From NCBI RefSeq assembly GCF_009914755.1, contig NC_060942.1: a stretch of 64,000 nt of DNA; one strand, written 5' to 3'. Below, in pieces: positions 49,691 through 64,000 of the stretch. Origin of the DNA: the human T2T-CHM13v2.0 reference genome, Homo sapiens. The notes under the pieces were generated by a model. That model did no database searches and was not told the DNA's origin. It saw only the letters and a program-made list of their open reading frames with translations. A program made the position numbers and the translations under genes. The stretch's first letter is position 1. Each line of letters begins with the position of its first letter.

Positions 49691-52600
49691 ATATGGGCTT
49701 TGGATTAGAAAAAAGAGGGAAGTTATTTAAAGTAGAAGAAAATACACAAAATATCATAAAGGGAAGTAAGAAAAGGTACAGTGTGCAAGAGAGTGGGTGG
49801 TCCTACTTTTGAGACACAGACATTCTGTAGATGAGTGGTGGGAGGTAGGGCAAGAAAAGGGTCAACTTAAAGACTATAATATAGTAGATGGGAAATTATT
49901 AAAAGTTTTTGGTCAGAATGGTAGCATCATCAAAACTGTTTTTTGTTTGTTTATTTTGCTTTTGTTTTGTCTGTCAGTATTGCCAGAGAAAAGATGATAA
50001 TATACGGAAAAGATTGTAACAAACACTTTAGAGCTATTATCTCCTTTGATAGCACATATCCATGAGTAGATATTATTACCATGTCCATTGTATTGATGGA
50101 GAAACTGAGGTAAAAGAAGACATGATACAGAACGAGACAATAGTAATACCTAATTCATACACCTTCTTTCAGATTTCAACATATGGAGAATTTTTAACAC
50201 TGTATGAAACACAGAAAGGGGGCAATGAAAGAAATACATAAGAAAAAGAAGAAACACCAACCAAAAAGAAATCTATAGGTTTTATTATTATCAACCCTAA
50301 GAGAAAAGTATTACTCTCTTTTATTTTTTTTAGTTCTATCTAATGTAGCATAATGTAAGAAAGCACTTATGTGCTTTGCAGAGAAAATTTTTGAGTGGTC
50401 TCAATTTCAATTTATATGTGTGCTAAAAATGTGTAAAATTAGGCTAAAGTAAAAATCCAAAAAAAACTACTTTCCCTTTGAGCCTTGAGAGGGTTAGTTT
50501 CATGCTCAGCATGTCTATAAACAAAGGTCTAATTGCCAAGTGCTAGGACATAAAGGGAAATAAGTGGAATAATAGCTAAAGAGACTTTATGGCTCAAAAT
50601 CCATTTCCTTTGAAGTGGGATTATTTGAGTCATTTTGAAGCTAGGTTGCTGGTGGTTATAATGTTGGGGGGCAAGGAACAGGTAAGGATGAGAATAGAGG
50701 GGAGAAGGAGGAAACCTTGCAGGATAGAATCCTATCAGTGCCTAGGAGAGTGGAGGGTTAACTCACAGGTAGTACATACACTAGAATAACATGGGTGGGT
50801 TTAGTAACAGAGATGAGTAGATGTCCAGGAGTCATGAGGCTGAGCTCCTCTTTTCTGAATGAAGATAATGGGATAATCCTTCAAAAGAGACATGGTGACA
50901 CTATTAGAGCAAAGAAGTAGGTCATTGAAGAAAAGAGAACATAGTTGTGGACATGGAGCTTTTATTCCGTGTTTTCCTAGTTCTATCCATTTCCACAGTC
51001 ATGGATCAACTCCACAGAAAGCAGGAAGAAAGCAAAGGAGGAAGTGGTTTTTGAAATCATCAAATACAGTGGGGTTTTTTGGGTTTGTTTTCTGTTAGAG
51101 GCTCTAGTGAACTCCTTAATAAAAAAGAAAAAAAAGTTGTAACAACTGGCCCAAATCATGTTTGAAAGTTGTCAACAGACTTTTACAATTTACAATGTTT
51201 TTCTATCATTATTAGAGTGAATTAAGAGTTACTTAATCTGCTTATAAATTGTACCTAAATGCCTAGGGTAGAGACTAACATATTTTCAGAAGTTTTTATT
51301 ATGTGAATTATCAATATTTTCATGTTCCTTTAGGAACATATGTAAAACTTATTTAATAAATACAAATAATGTTGACCTGCACATTACTCAACAGAGATAA
51401 GCTGATACTTGATAAATTCTTGAAAAAATAGACACCTGGTAATGGGGCTCAAAGGGATAATCATTATGGATTATTTTAAATATTAGAGTTTTAATACAAA
51501 AGTAAAAAGTAATTCTTGTGTTACAAGGATTTGGCTCATGCTATTAATAGTCCCATGCATTTTTTTAAATTTCTACTCTAGAATGTTACATAACTAACAC
51601 AATCTTGCAGATAAAAGTTGTAATTGTCTAAAGGAAGTTGAAGCCCATTCCTTTTTTTTTTAACATTATATTTTTAAAAAGCACTAAAGCAAGTAATGTT
51701 TAAATACAAATACATTACAACCATTGGTCAATTCTCTAATGAAATAAAAGCATTGAATCCTCACCCATTTTACAAATAATAGAATTATTCCTGTGACCTC
51801 AAGGAAAAGACTTTAAAAGAGTCTGTATTACAAATTACAGCAGTAAAAAATCTTCAATGGTTGAGTTATTTTTCATTGCAAGAAAACATTCTCTGGCTCC
51901 AGATATTTTCTTAAAGCAGACAGCAATTTTCTCACTGCACATAGATTTCAAGAAATGTGGATATAGCCTGGCAAGTAAGTTGAAATTTTGTAAGAAGACA
52001 TGGAAATTACTAGTAGGTGAGAGAGTACACTTTTATAAAAACTTTGAGTAATATTTGCAACTTGTTAAAAACTGAAGACTGTAAAATGACAGTCTTTCTA
52101 ATTTTATATAATTATTATTAAAATATTTTGACAGAAGTATATTAACAATCTTCATATTACTTGTGCACTTAACTATTTTGTTATTAAATATAAAGTTTAA
52201 CATAGTTTTATATTGTAAATTCAATATGTAGTGGGGCTATTAGTGGAGTGTAATTCTTACGCCAATATACAAAATTTGTTGGCTTCTACATAATTTATAT
52301 ACAAACTTTCTGCAATATTGCTTCATGTAAAGGGTTTTTAAAAAAATTTCACTTGTGAATTTGTTTCCATTGACTATTTAAAAGAAGTGACACTCTTAGT
52401 CACTTCAGAATTTATTTTATTGTTTATAGCAGGGAAATGTAAAACTACCCGTATCTTCTAGAAAAAAAATACGTAGAATTAACCTAATATATGTCAATAG
52501 GGTCAATGTGTAATATGAAAATTTATTTTTAAATATATTTCATGATGCATAAATCATCTCGTTACTGTAATCTGTACAATTTATGCACAATTTCTTAATA

Positions 52601-53676
52601 TACTGGATTTGTATTCTTTATTAAAATACTATAATAAAAAATTTCATTTAGAATGAATAAACATTTCAAGGTGCTTAAACATTGTATCAGTTTCAAAAAT
52701 TAAACCAAGTTAATCTTGCTATAGTCTTAACAAATGCAATATTTGGAAAGGAAAATAGTTCATTTTATTTAAGAAAAATCTCATTAAACCTGGAAACAAT
52801 ACTACAAGCTTATGATAATCAAAAGTACAAAATGTAGTCATACATCATTTTCTAGCTACCTTATATTTTCTACATATAGCTATGGGTAATTACTTTGATT
52901 TCAGGAACCATAGTTTGTACTTCCTTTCCCCTACTACATTTCCCAGAAAACTAAAAGACACTTAAGAATGACGTGTTTGAGTGGAGGTTTGGCTCAATAT
53001 TTTTATTAAAGAGAATTTTAGAACTTAATATTTTAAACTATTAATTTGCAGTGGCCCTTGGATTTAATCTGATCTACCTATAAATCCAAAATCTACCATT
53101 TATTGCTATTCCTGTTAACAATAGTAGTGCCTACATCCTAACTAACTGTATGTTATGAGGATTGAATAATACATATGAAATGGTTAGAAACGTGCCTGAG
53201 CCATAGTAAGTGCTCAAAAAGTTGTTCCTATTATCTAACTTCTTCATCTATTTTGTTATTTGCATAAAAAATCCTTTAAAGGTTATTGTGAGGATCAAAA
53301 TGTGTGCAAGGCACTTGGGGCCCACTTAAGATACAGTAGATATTGTCATAAGCAGCTAAGTGTTAATATAATAATCTCATTCTGTAGTAGGCATTGTAAT
53401 TTATGGATAACATTTTTTCATTATTATATTCCTAATCATATGCTCTAAACTGATACAAAACTAACAATAAATGTATCATTTGTTCTTTGTATTATTTTCA
53501 TAAAATTGAATTTTCTCTCCAGTTCATATCTATCTTCCAGAGATTACATGAGAAAGGAAATAGGAGTCGCAATTATTATGGATTTGTTAGAAACATCTAT
53601 TTGATAACAGATAAGGGAGGAAATACATATTATCAACACATTTTAGTAAGCCCAAAATATTAACTTTTTAACTTAG

Positions 53677-53793
53677 ATAAGAACCAGATGGGAAAAATGT
53701 CTATCTGTACTTTTCAATCAACTGAGAAAGACGAGAAAAAAGAAGCTCACACTGGGAATGTAATGACTAATTTATCAAATGCTTATGCTTCAG
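53677..53793 (+). pseudogene. GAD3P: GAD3P exon (117 nt, phase 1-1)
   Basis: ttaacttag|...MTNLSNAYAS g|gtacaa resembles GAD1 ETDFSNLFAR; splices in frame to DLL. Confidence 0.75.
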
Positions 53794-53888
53794 GTACAAA
53801 TGTCATTAACAAATGTATCCCTTTGTTATTTTTCATACATAAATCTCATGTGCTTTACATGTTTATCAAAGCAATTACAATGTTCTTT

Positions 53889-54371
53889 TTTTTAATTTTA
53901 TTATTATACTTTAAGTTTTAGAGTACATGTGCACAACGTGCAGGTTTGTTCCATATGTATACATGTGCCATGCTGGTGTGCTGCACCCATAAACTCGTCA
54001 TTTAGCTTTGGGTATATCTCCTAATGCTATCCCTTCCCCCCCGCCAACCCCACAACAGTCCCCGGTGTGTGATGTTCCCCTTCCTGTGTCCATGTGTTCT
54101 CATTGTTCAATTCCCACCTATGAGTGAGAACATGCGGTGTTTGGTTTTTTGTCCTTGCGATAGTTTGCTGAGAATGATGGTTTCCAGCTTCATCCATGTC
54201 CCTACAAAGGACATGAACTCATCATTTTTTATGGCCGCATAGTATTCCATGGTGTATATGTGCCACATTTTCTTAATCCAGTCTATCATTGTTGGACATT
54301 TGGGTTGGTTCCAGGTCTTTGCTATTGTGAATAGTGCCACAATAAACATACGTGTGCATGTGTCTTTATAG
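53889..54371 (-). mobile_element. L1PA 3' end (young), intronic
   Basis: TSD caatgttcttt; very similar to the L1 3' end at 14.4-14.9 kb. Confidence 0.95.
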
Positions 54372-54714
54372 CAATGTTCTTTAAGATCTGACCATTTAAT
54401 TTACTTTTAGAAGTAGAATGACCAGATCATTTTGTGGCAGTACAATCAAATAAAATACATCTCTAGGAGGTCTTGAAGGGACACCTGCTCCAATGGCATT
54501 AATTTTAAATGGTTAATTTTTGGTGAAAAATAAAGGTTGTCCAATGGGACATTGAATGAAGATGGTTGATAAGATTTGGGAAAATGCTACTTGACTTGCT
54601 ATTTGACATGGCACTTTAATATCTTTAGTTGACAATGATGACAATTCTATCTATCTCTTGGAAATTTTCTTTGCCATTTAGCTACTGACTTTGTAGTTTA
54701 TCTCTTTTCTCTAG

Positions 54715-54956
54715 ATTTGTTGCTATGCAAAGATGACAAAGACTTAACAAAATATTTTCTGCTGCAAGTGGTAGATATTCTTCTACAGTATGCAAAAACA
54801 CCTTTGATGGTAAGAGTGAAATATTGGACTTCCATCATCCTCATCAACTACTTGAAGGTTTGGTTGGGTTTACCTTAGAACTGCCTGACCACCCTGAATC
54901 TCTGGAACAGTTACTTGCTGATTGCACAGATACCTTAAAATACAGTGTTAAAACAG
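54715..54956 (+). pseudogene. GAD3P: GAD3P exon (242 nt; 1-nt deletion)
   Basis: [78 protein letters not shown]; the GAD1 counterpart is 81 codons. Confidence 0.95.
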
Positions 54957-55378
54957 GTGATTTTTCAGATTGATGTTTTTGAACTGTAAATTGGATGAAT
55001 AGCTTTGAGTTTACATTTGTATTGAAAAATGATCATAGTTTTATTTATTCTTATTTAAAATATTTAGCTTTGTTTTTTTCAAATTGGATTATCATCTAAA
55101 AATTGTTTTCAGTTTAACAAAATTATTTTAAAATTAAAATTCTAAAAATAAAAGAAAGTAAATAAAATGGTTTTGATTCAGGAAATTACATTTTAATGGC
55201 AAGTAAATGTATAATTTTTATCAGTTTTCATTTATTTTTATAATATTCAATATTGATGCCAAATTAATTATCCTTTGTACCAGTAAAATACATAGCATCA
55301 AAATTACCACATATACATATCTTATATTTCTGAAATTGTGTTTTTTGATTAAATTAGCTTTACTGTAACTAGATTCTT

Positions 55379-55678
<300 letters not shown>

Positions 55679-57071
55679 TACTGTAACTAGGTTCTTAGCC
55701 ATTTAAAGTGATCATACTTTCAGGGGCAAGTGATGTTTGAATAGGGTCTATGGAACCCTTTTTCTAAAATCTTAAACCTACTAAATAGTGTGTTGGAATG
55801 AACATAGTCTTTGAAAAAAAGGACCAACAAAGTGGCTCTAAATACATTATCTCTACTTGGGCTTATTAATTTTTTATTACATTATCTTGAAAAATATTTA
55901 TGTATAATTTTAATAATTAGAAATCGCTTGTGAATGGATACTTTACGTTTGATAAATATCAAATATACGGACATTGTTATGACATATTTCTTACACCCCA
56001 GCACTTTAAATATCACTAATATTTTATTTTCAGACCAAACTGATCTGCCATGCTAATGCACAAAGATGATTTACATTTGAGAATGCTCATTGCTGCCTGT
56101 ATTTTAATAACAGAAAACAAAGGATGCTTGTCTTTAAATTTATCTTAAATAAACAGAGAATATCCTTTGAAACAAATACTATGCAATATTACCGTTTAAA
56201 GTTTTAGAGAAGTCATGGGGAATTTCTCATAGGATATTGATCATTATAAAAAGGTATGCCACAAAATAATATATTCAGTATCTCAGTTATATTTAATTAT
56301 ATTGTTAATTCCATGTGTGTATGCATACACAATATGTAGGTGTCTCTACCTACCTATTTATAATAAACACATTTGTAAACTATCTGTATCATTTTAGGAT
56401 ATCTTTGTAAATATCATTTGTAGAATGTATTTATTATAAATAGGTAGTTGAATAGATAAGTAGGCAGGTTGTCTCCTATATATGCATAAAAATCACTATT
56501 CTCTATGTATAGTTTGTATTTTATGTATTTCTAAAACATGTATATTTATAACTAGAAAACCATTTTTAAACAAAATAAAAAGAAAGCTTTTATAAGATTA
56601 GAAAAAAAAACCCTGTTGTAGACTCAAATTTAACTGTATAAAGTAAATGTGAAATTAAAATAAATTTATCTTAGAAATAAAAATAGCAAATGGTATTTCT
56701 GAAAAATAGTGGGGCAATTGGGAAGCATTTCTGACTTACATAAATTAAATTCCTTTTTTTTCCTTTAGCGTTGCAAATGTAGGGTAAATCTGTAGACCCA
56801 CCCTCCACTTTTCCATTTCCATTTCTGTACATCTGAAGTGCAGAGAGAAAAAATAAAGATGCTAAGAAAATGATAAGTAAATAACAGAAAGGAACACTTT
56901 GCTAACACAGCTCACAACTTCCAGACATTGCATTTCATCCAACTTAGTAAGTACGTATTGAGTTCCTGTTTGTTAAGAACCCACACAGGTGCTCTAGGAG
57001 AGGACACTGTTGAAATACGGATAATGTAACATACTAGAGGAAAAAAGAGAGGGACTCACAAAGAGCTGTGA

Positions 57072-57718
<647 letters not shown>

Positions 57719-57747
57719 GGGAAGATTACTTTAAACTAAGTTGGATA

Positions 57748-58165
57748 TTGTGGGAGTCCATTTGTCTTGCTATAAAGGAATACCTACATCTAATAATTAC
57801 TTATAAAGAAAAGAGTTTTATTTGGCTCACATTTCTGCAGGCTGTACAAGAAACACGCCAGCCTCTGCTTCCAGTGAGGGCTTCAGGGAGCTTTTACTCA
57901 TGGCAGAAGGCCAAGGGAAGCCAGTGTGCCACATAGTGAGAGAATGAGCAAGAGAATGAGGAGGGCAGGTGCAAACCTTTTTAAAAGTCAGATCTCCCAG
58001 TAACTAATAGAACCAGAACTCATTCATTACAGCAGAGATGTCACCAAGCCATTCATGAGGCATTTGCCCCTATGACCCAAACAGCTCCCATTAGACCCCA
58101 TCTCCAGCATTGGGGATCACATTTCAACACGAAATCTGGAGGGCACAAATACCCAAACTATATCA
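57748..58165 (-). mobile_element. MST (MaLR) solo LTR
   Basis: gctataaaggaatacc...tttatttggctcacatttctgcaggctgtacaag...cccaaactatatca. Confidence 0.9.
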
Positions 58166-58319
58166 AGTATAGAGTGTTCAATTTGACAACTAATAAAGAT
58201 TACTTACTAATATAAATCTTCAAAAATCATTGTAAAAGAATCTAATATTATGCCCCCCAAAACATATAAACAGCTTTTCAGTGAAAATTATTTAATGTTT
58301 TAGATGGCTTCTTCCCACT

Positions 58320-58810
58320 TTGCCTAACTGGTCCATTGAAGTAGTTGTACACACCCCCATCCTTGACCTTCCTTCCTTAGATGCAGGAACTTTCTCACCC
58401 TTGAGCATATTGAGATCTGTTTCAGCTTGCTCCTTTTCCAAATCTTTTTGTCTGGCAATGCTTAAATTTAGATCTTACCTTAAAAATCACTTCCTCCAAG
58501 AAGACTTCTCTGGAGATTTCCTCGGCCCACTCCCCTGGCTACTTTCACTCCCCTAAGAATGGACTTACCACACCCACTGTTTTCCTATGTAGCACTTTTT
58601 ACAATTGTAATCAAACACATTTGTGTCATTATCTGTTTAATGTCTTTCTTTGCGACCAGCCTGTAAAATCCACATGATAGCAACTATGCCCATCTGGTTT
58701 ACCACCATATCGTCAATACTTAGGAATGTCTCTGTATAGGATAGTGCCTCAATAATGTTTACTGAATAACATAATTTAAATGTGCTCAATACATGAGTAC
58801 TTGGTAGGTG
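58320..58810 (+). mobile_element. L2 3' fragment
   Basis: cacttcctccaagaagacttctc...tagtgcctcaataatgtttactgaata. Confidence 0.7.
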
Positions 58811-58888
58811 AAAAACTATTATCAAATTTCAGTATTTTTTAACTCTAGTTTTTATTTTGGCCTATTGCAATTTTGTTTTTGTCTCCAG

Positions 58889-58979
58889 GACATCCTCGCT
58901 ATTTTAACCAGCTGTCCAGTGGGTTAGATATGACTGGACTTGCAGGGGAATGGTTGACAGCCACTGCAAATACCAACCT
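58889..58979 (+). pseudogene. GAD3P: GAD3P exon (91 nt)
   Basis: ctccag|[31 protein letters not shown]|gtgagt resembles GAD1 [31 protein letters not shown]. Confidence 0.97.
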
Positions 58980-59232
58980 GTGAGTATCCCTCTATACCTA
59001 AGAAATGTGAGATTATTAGACACACGTAAGCAAGAGTGAAGATTTAGGTAGTGGAAGTTCCATTTTGCTGGATATGAGGCTTGCTGTGTCAAAAACAAAA
59101 TAGTTGAGACTTGGGAGAAATGCAAAGAAGCTGCTATGTGTTTCCTGTGTGACATGTGTGAAGTTTACCTGGTTGTCGAAATTCTCCGGCAATGTTCAGG
59201 GCCTGAATTTGCTTGATTAGCCTCAGATGTTA

Positions 59233-59685
<453 letters not shown>

Positions 59686-60416
59686 TCAGTGGTATTGAGT
59701 AATAATATTGTAATATTATTACTCAAAGGAAAGCTTATAGCCTTGAATTCCAGCTTTTGCTTTCTGAAGAAATTTTGCTTTCTGAAGAGCTGACTCTAAT
59801 TGCACAGTGTGACACAGAGGGAGAGTTCCCATCATGGTCACCTCTGAATCCTTTTCCCTGGGTCCCACATTATTCTTGTCTTGTGCTATCTTCTTGCTTT
59901 ACAGCTGTTATTATTGAAAACATAATAACTCTAAGTTGTTTTTTGGCGTGTTTCCTCAAAGTACAATCCTTATACAAAGGATATTTATCAATCAATTTCT
60001 AGAAAAGGCCTTTTCTACCCATTTAATGTTCTGCAAAACATCGTCTGCAACTCCAGATATATGTCTTTTTAACTTGTCTCTTAAAGAATATATAGGGTTT
60101 TTTTTTCTTAATAACTGGGCATTTTCTGATCCTAAACTATGTTGTGTGTTCTGAAGGGATGGGAGTTGCTTTCAAAATTCCTCCAGGTGGGAAAGAAATT
60201 TTCAGGTATTGCCCAAAACAATGGAAGTCATGGTGATTTCTTTGTAGAACTAATATACTCAATCTGGAATAAGCAATTTAGAATATATAAAAGGTAACCA
60301 TTTCTTGCATAGTCTAATATAGAATTAAAAAGTATATGATCTTGTTAACACATGACTTTACTTTGTCTCTTCCGTGTAATATAAGTCACAGCTGAATTTA
60401 TCTATATGTATTATAG

Positions 60417-60527
60417 GTTTACATATGAAATAGCCCCAGTTTTTACTGTCATGGAGACAATTCTTCTCAAGAAAATGTATGAAATTATTGGCTGGGAAGA
60501 AACAAGCAGATGGAATATTTTCACCTG
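60417..60527 (+). pseudogene. GAD3P: GAD3P exon (111 nt; 2-nt deletion)
   Basis: atag|[36 protein letters not shown] g|gtaag. Confidence 0.96.
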
Positions 60528-60837
60528 GTAAGAAAAAGCAACTTTCTGTAAGCTAAATAAAATACCTATCGGGAGACACTCAAAATGTGTTCCAACTAAC
60601 ATTGTTATTTTTGACAGACATTCATAAGCCATTGCATTATCATCGCAAATAAAATTTCCAGAAATCTAAAAGTGGGAATTTCATTCTTTGACCTTTCACC
60701 AATTTCATGGAAGGATAATTTTAAAATAACAGTGATTTAGCACCTCATTAGTTTCAGAAACTGTCAAATTGTTATTATTTCAATAAACATTTATCAGGAT
60801 TGAAATTAGCTTAATGGTCATTATTTCCCTTCCATAG

Positions 60838-60953
60838 GTGGCAGTATATCAAGCCTTTATGGTATTTTAGTAGCTCACTATAAACAATATCCAGAGATAA
60901 AAACAAAAGGCATGACTGCACTTCCATGCATTGTATTATTTGTTTCTGAGCAA
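60838..60953 (+). pseudogene. GAD3P: GAD3P exon (116 nt)
   Basis: ccatag|[39 protein letters not shown]|gtaagt. Confidence 0.96.
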
Positions 60954-61659
60954 GTAAGTATCAAGTATAGGTTCTTTTCAACTTTTAAGAATCATGAAAG
61001 ATAACCTGATAAAATAAAGACTAAGAATATTGGCATTATGCTTATATCAAATATGTTCAGGTAATCTCTGAGTCTGGATCTACATTTTGATATTGAAAAG
61101 GAAAAAAACAACTTTCCAGTAAATATAGGCTCTATAGGTAAGCAATACAAATAATTCAGGATTAAAATTTAATTTCAGCATGACAAACAGAAAACAAATG
61201 TTTTATATAAATATAAAACATTCTGCTAACTTTACCAAAATAATTATTGTAAAAATTTCAAAGATTTAATAGTTATTTTTCACATTGAATAAAAAGAAAA
61301 AGAATGTAATTACTGTTTCATCTTTCCGGTTAGGACCAAAGGAATCAGTTAAAAGAAAACTATATTTTTTATAGACTAGATCCTCAGCCAAACTCTTCTG
61401 ATACTGACAATATCTCCACTGATATCTCCTTTACGTTTAGTATTCCACTCTCGTGCATAGCATCAAAACTTTTTAAACCTGTAATCCGATTGCTTTCTTC
61501 TTATCTATCATGGCAACATGTATGATCTTAAAATGTAGTAGCAGTCCAAGTTTGAGAGTTCTACCTAAAAGTACCTAGAAACGAAGAGTTTTTATTGAAA
61601 TATTCCTGTTTTTGCAGTGCACTCCCTTTGCCAAACTCAAATTGGCATTACACATCTAT

Positions 61660-61855
61660 ATAGTAAGTCCTCACTTAACGTCATAGGTTCTTAGAAACTG
61701 TGACTTTAAGAGAAGCAATATACAATAGATTCTTGAATTACATCAGTTGCTTTATTATAATGTCAAAGAGAAAAAAATATTGGTTTCGTTAGACATCTTT
61801 TCAGCTAAAGTCAATTTCCAAGAACCTATGGCTACATTAAGTAAGTACTTACTAT
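61660..61855. mobile_element. MER47-type (Tigger) DNA element
   Basis: Terminal inverted repeats tagtaagtcctcacttaacgtc...acattaagtaagtacttacta. Confidence 0.75.
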
Positions 61856-62311
61856 ATATTATCAAGTTGGAAACTACTACTTTATATTCAATGCAATGTA
61901 TTACAGAATTTTATAGAACTTAACATGCTTGTTTACAAATGCAATTTTCGTTATTTGAAATATAATTTGAAAATATTTATAACGAGTAAATAAGCTGAAA
62001 TTCCATATGTTGATCTTTAAGAAATCAGTTTTTTATTTAATCTCTGTATTCTTTATTGAAATAGAAATATGGTTAAGGTTTTAATTTCTGTATTTTTTAA
62101 TCTCATATATCTGGTCTTTTCCTAGCGATTAAAAATAATCCGGGCCAAGTTTATCTTTAGAGCTGCTATCACCTCTGTCTTGCTGGACAAAGTAAACTAG
62201 CAGGCAAGAGATCAAAGTGGGTGTCAAAGTCTGAATTAAGAATTACAGGCACTGTAATATTCAGTACATTCATAAGACCTCATGCCTTAAAAAAAAAAAA
62301 AAATCTCAAAT

Positions 62312-62620
62312 GGGCTGGGCATGGTGGCTCACACCTGTAATCCTCGCATTTTGGAAGGCCGAAGCTGGTGGATTGCCTGAGCTCAGGAGTTCCAAACCAG
62401 CCTGAGCAACACGGTGAAACCCCATTCCTACTAAAACACAAAAAATTAGCCGGTCGTGTCATCGTGTGCTTGTAGTCCCAGCTACTCCGGAGGCTGAGGC
62501 AGGAGAATTGCTTGAACCCGGGAGGCAGAGGTTGCAGTGACCCTAGATCATGCCACTGCACTCCACCCTAGGCAACAGACCGAGAATCTGTCTTTAAAAA
62601 AAAAAAAAAAAAAAAAAAAA
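62312..62620 (+). mobile_element. AluS
   Basis: Full dimer, A-tail, flanked by aaaaaatct. Confidence 0.95.
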
Positions 62621-62979
62621 TCTGAAATACAGGAGCTAGAGCTGTCCAGAGCAGAAAAAGATTTTCCTGGAGGAAACTGTCACTAACTTTATAAATGATG
62701 TGGCTTCATGTGTATGCAGGGAACTAAAATATTCAAGCTCCCACCCAAGCTTGTAAAGAGTTCTATTCTGTGACAGTGCCTTCTGGAAAGAGGTGCTACA
62801 ACATTCTAGATCCAAACAAATGTCAAGATGGGGGCCTGGAAATATGCCTTGATACCTGTGTGCATATATATCCACAGACCCATTCAAAGCTATGCATATA
62901 TGCCCCAAGTGCACTTGTGTGTAAATGGGGATTTCATGTAGGAGAAGTAATGTCTTTTCTTTTCTTATTTTTGCCCAAG

Positions 62980-63059
62980 GGTCATTACTCAATAAAAATA
63001 GCTGCAACAATTTTGGGTATTGGAATTGATAATGTAATTGAAGTAAAGTGTGATGAAAG
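62980..63059 (+). pseudogene. GAD3P: GAD3P exon (80 nt)
   Basis: cccaag|GHYSIKIAATILGIGIDNVIEVKCDER|gtatgt resembles GAD1 [27 protein letters not shown]. Confidence 0.96.
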
Positions 63060-64000
63060 GTATGTTTCTTAATACATTCTCAAAGTTTTATTATTACTCT
63101 GCTTCATAGATTGAGATTTCATTTGCCTGTGGTTCCATTTTTTGGCAAGAATCCTCTCCCAGATTCATTTTATTTATATTTTAAAGGTAAGTCATTATGA
63201 AAGAAGCACCAAAATTATTTACCCTATTGTTGACATTTATTTACTAACTATGGCCTTATGAAAATTCTATTGCCATATATTTGTTCCCTATTTTATATTT
63301 ATGAAATACATTAAATTATCAACATAGTGATGTTTGGAAATTAAAAATTCAACCATGTTAGAGTACAAGGTGAAAATATCTTTATATTTTCTTTGGATCC
63401 CATTCTTCAGAAATAAGCAATATTATAAACTTTATACATATTCTGGATATAATTTTTATTAATATAAAACTTATTCATACATCAATTCTGTGTTATGTTC
63501 TGTAATTTGCTTTATTTCCTTTGGCTTTATGGTATAGCTTCGAAATCTTGTGAATTCACACAGACTTTTTTTTTTAAGTTACATCAGTTTCCAATTTTAT
63601 AAATGCAGCAAAGTTTTACAAGTCCTATTTAAAAAGACATTTATAAGTTTTCCCTTTGATTTTAGTACTTAAGAGCAGTGCTTAAGTGAATGTAATAAAC
63701 GTATTTGAGTTTAATAAACACATTTGAGTTGCCTTGAATATCTCTCATATGAATGCCTCTAGGTTCAAATTATGTGTGAATTTATAACTCAATACAAATT
63801 TTCCATTTGCCCTTTAAACATTTTTAGTTAATTATATTCTTACTGAAATGTAACATTAAAATATTATCAATATTTTTATACTTAGAAAATCTGACAGAAA
63901 TGATGTTTATTGTTGTTCAGAACAATAGAAATCTTTTAATATGCTGACCTGCCAATTGTATATTACTGTGAATTGACTGTACATGTCCTTTGCCTATTTT

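Overview
Primate, human-like genomic DNA: AT-rich, dense in Alu, L1, L2, MIR, LTR and DNA-transposon remnants, with no intact protein-coding gene. Most listed ORFs are repeat-derived or chance. The unique DNA holds two dead genes arranged head-to-head. (1) On the + strand (53.7-63.1 kb, continuing past the window) is a glutamate decarboxylase unitary pseudogene. Six exons have canonical splice sites, five of them with GAD1-like sizes and peptides, and there are two frameshifts. It is most likely GAD3P, the third vertebrate GAD, reported lost in hominids. (2) On the - strand (about 46.7 kb down to 3.2 kb) is a much more eroded multi-exon fossil with the order VWA, FN3 repeats, VWA, Cys-linker, then many 30-109 nt Gly-X-Y exons. 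This is the architecture of a type VII collagen-like gene, possibly the lost ortholog of fish col7a1l. I do not recall this fossil being annotated. Comparisons to GAD1 and COL7A1 are from memory and by eye, and repeat subfamily names are approximate.
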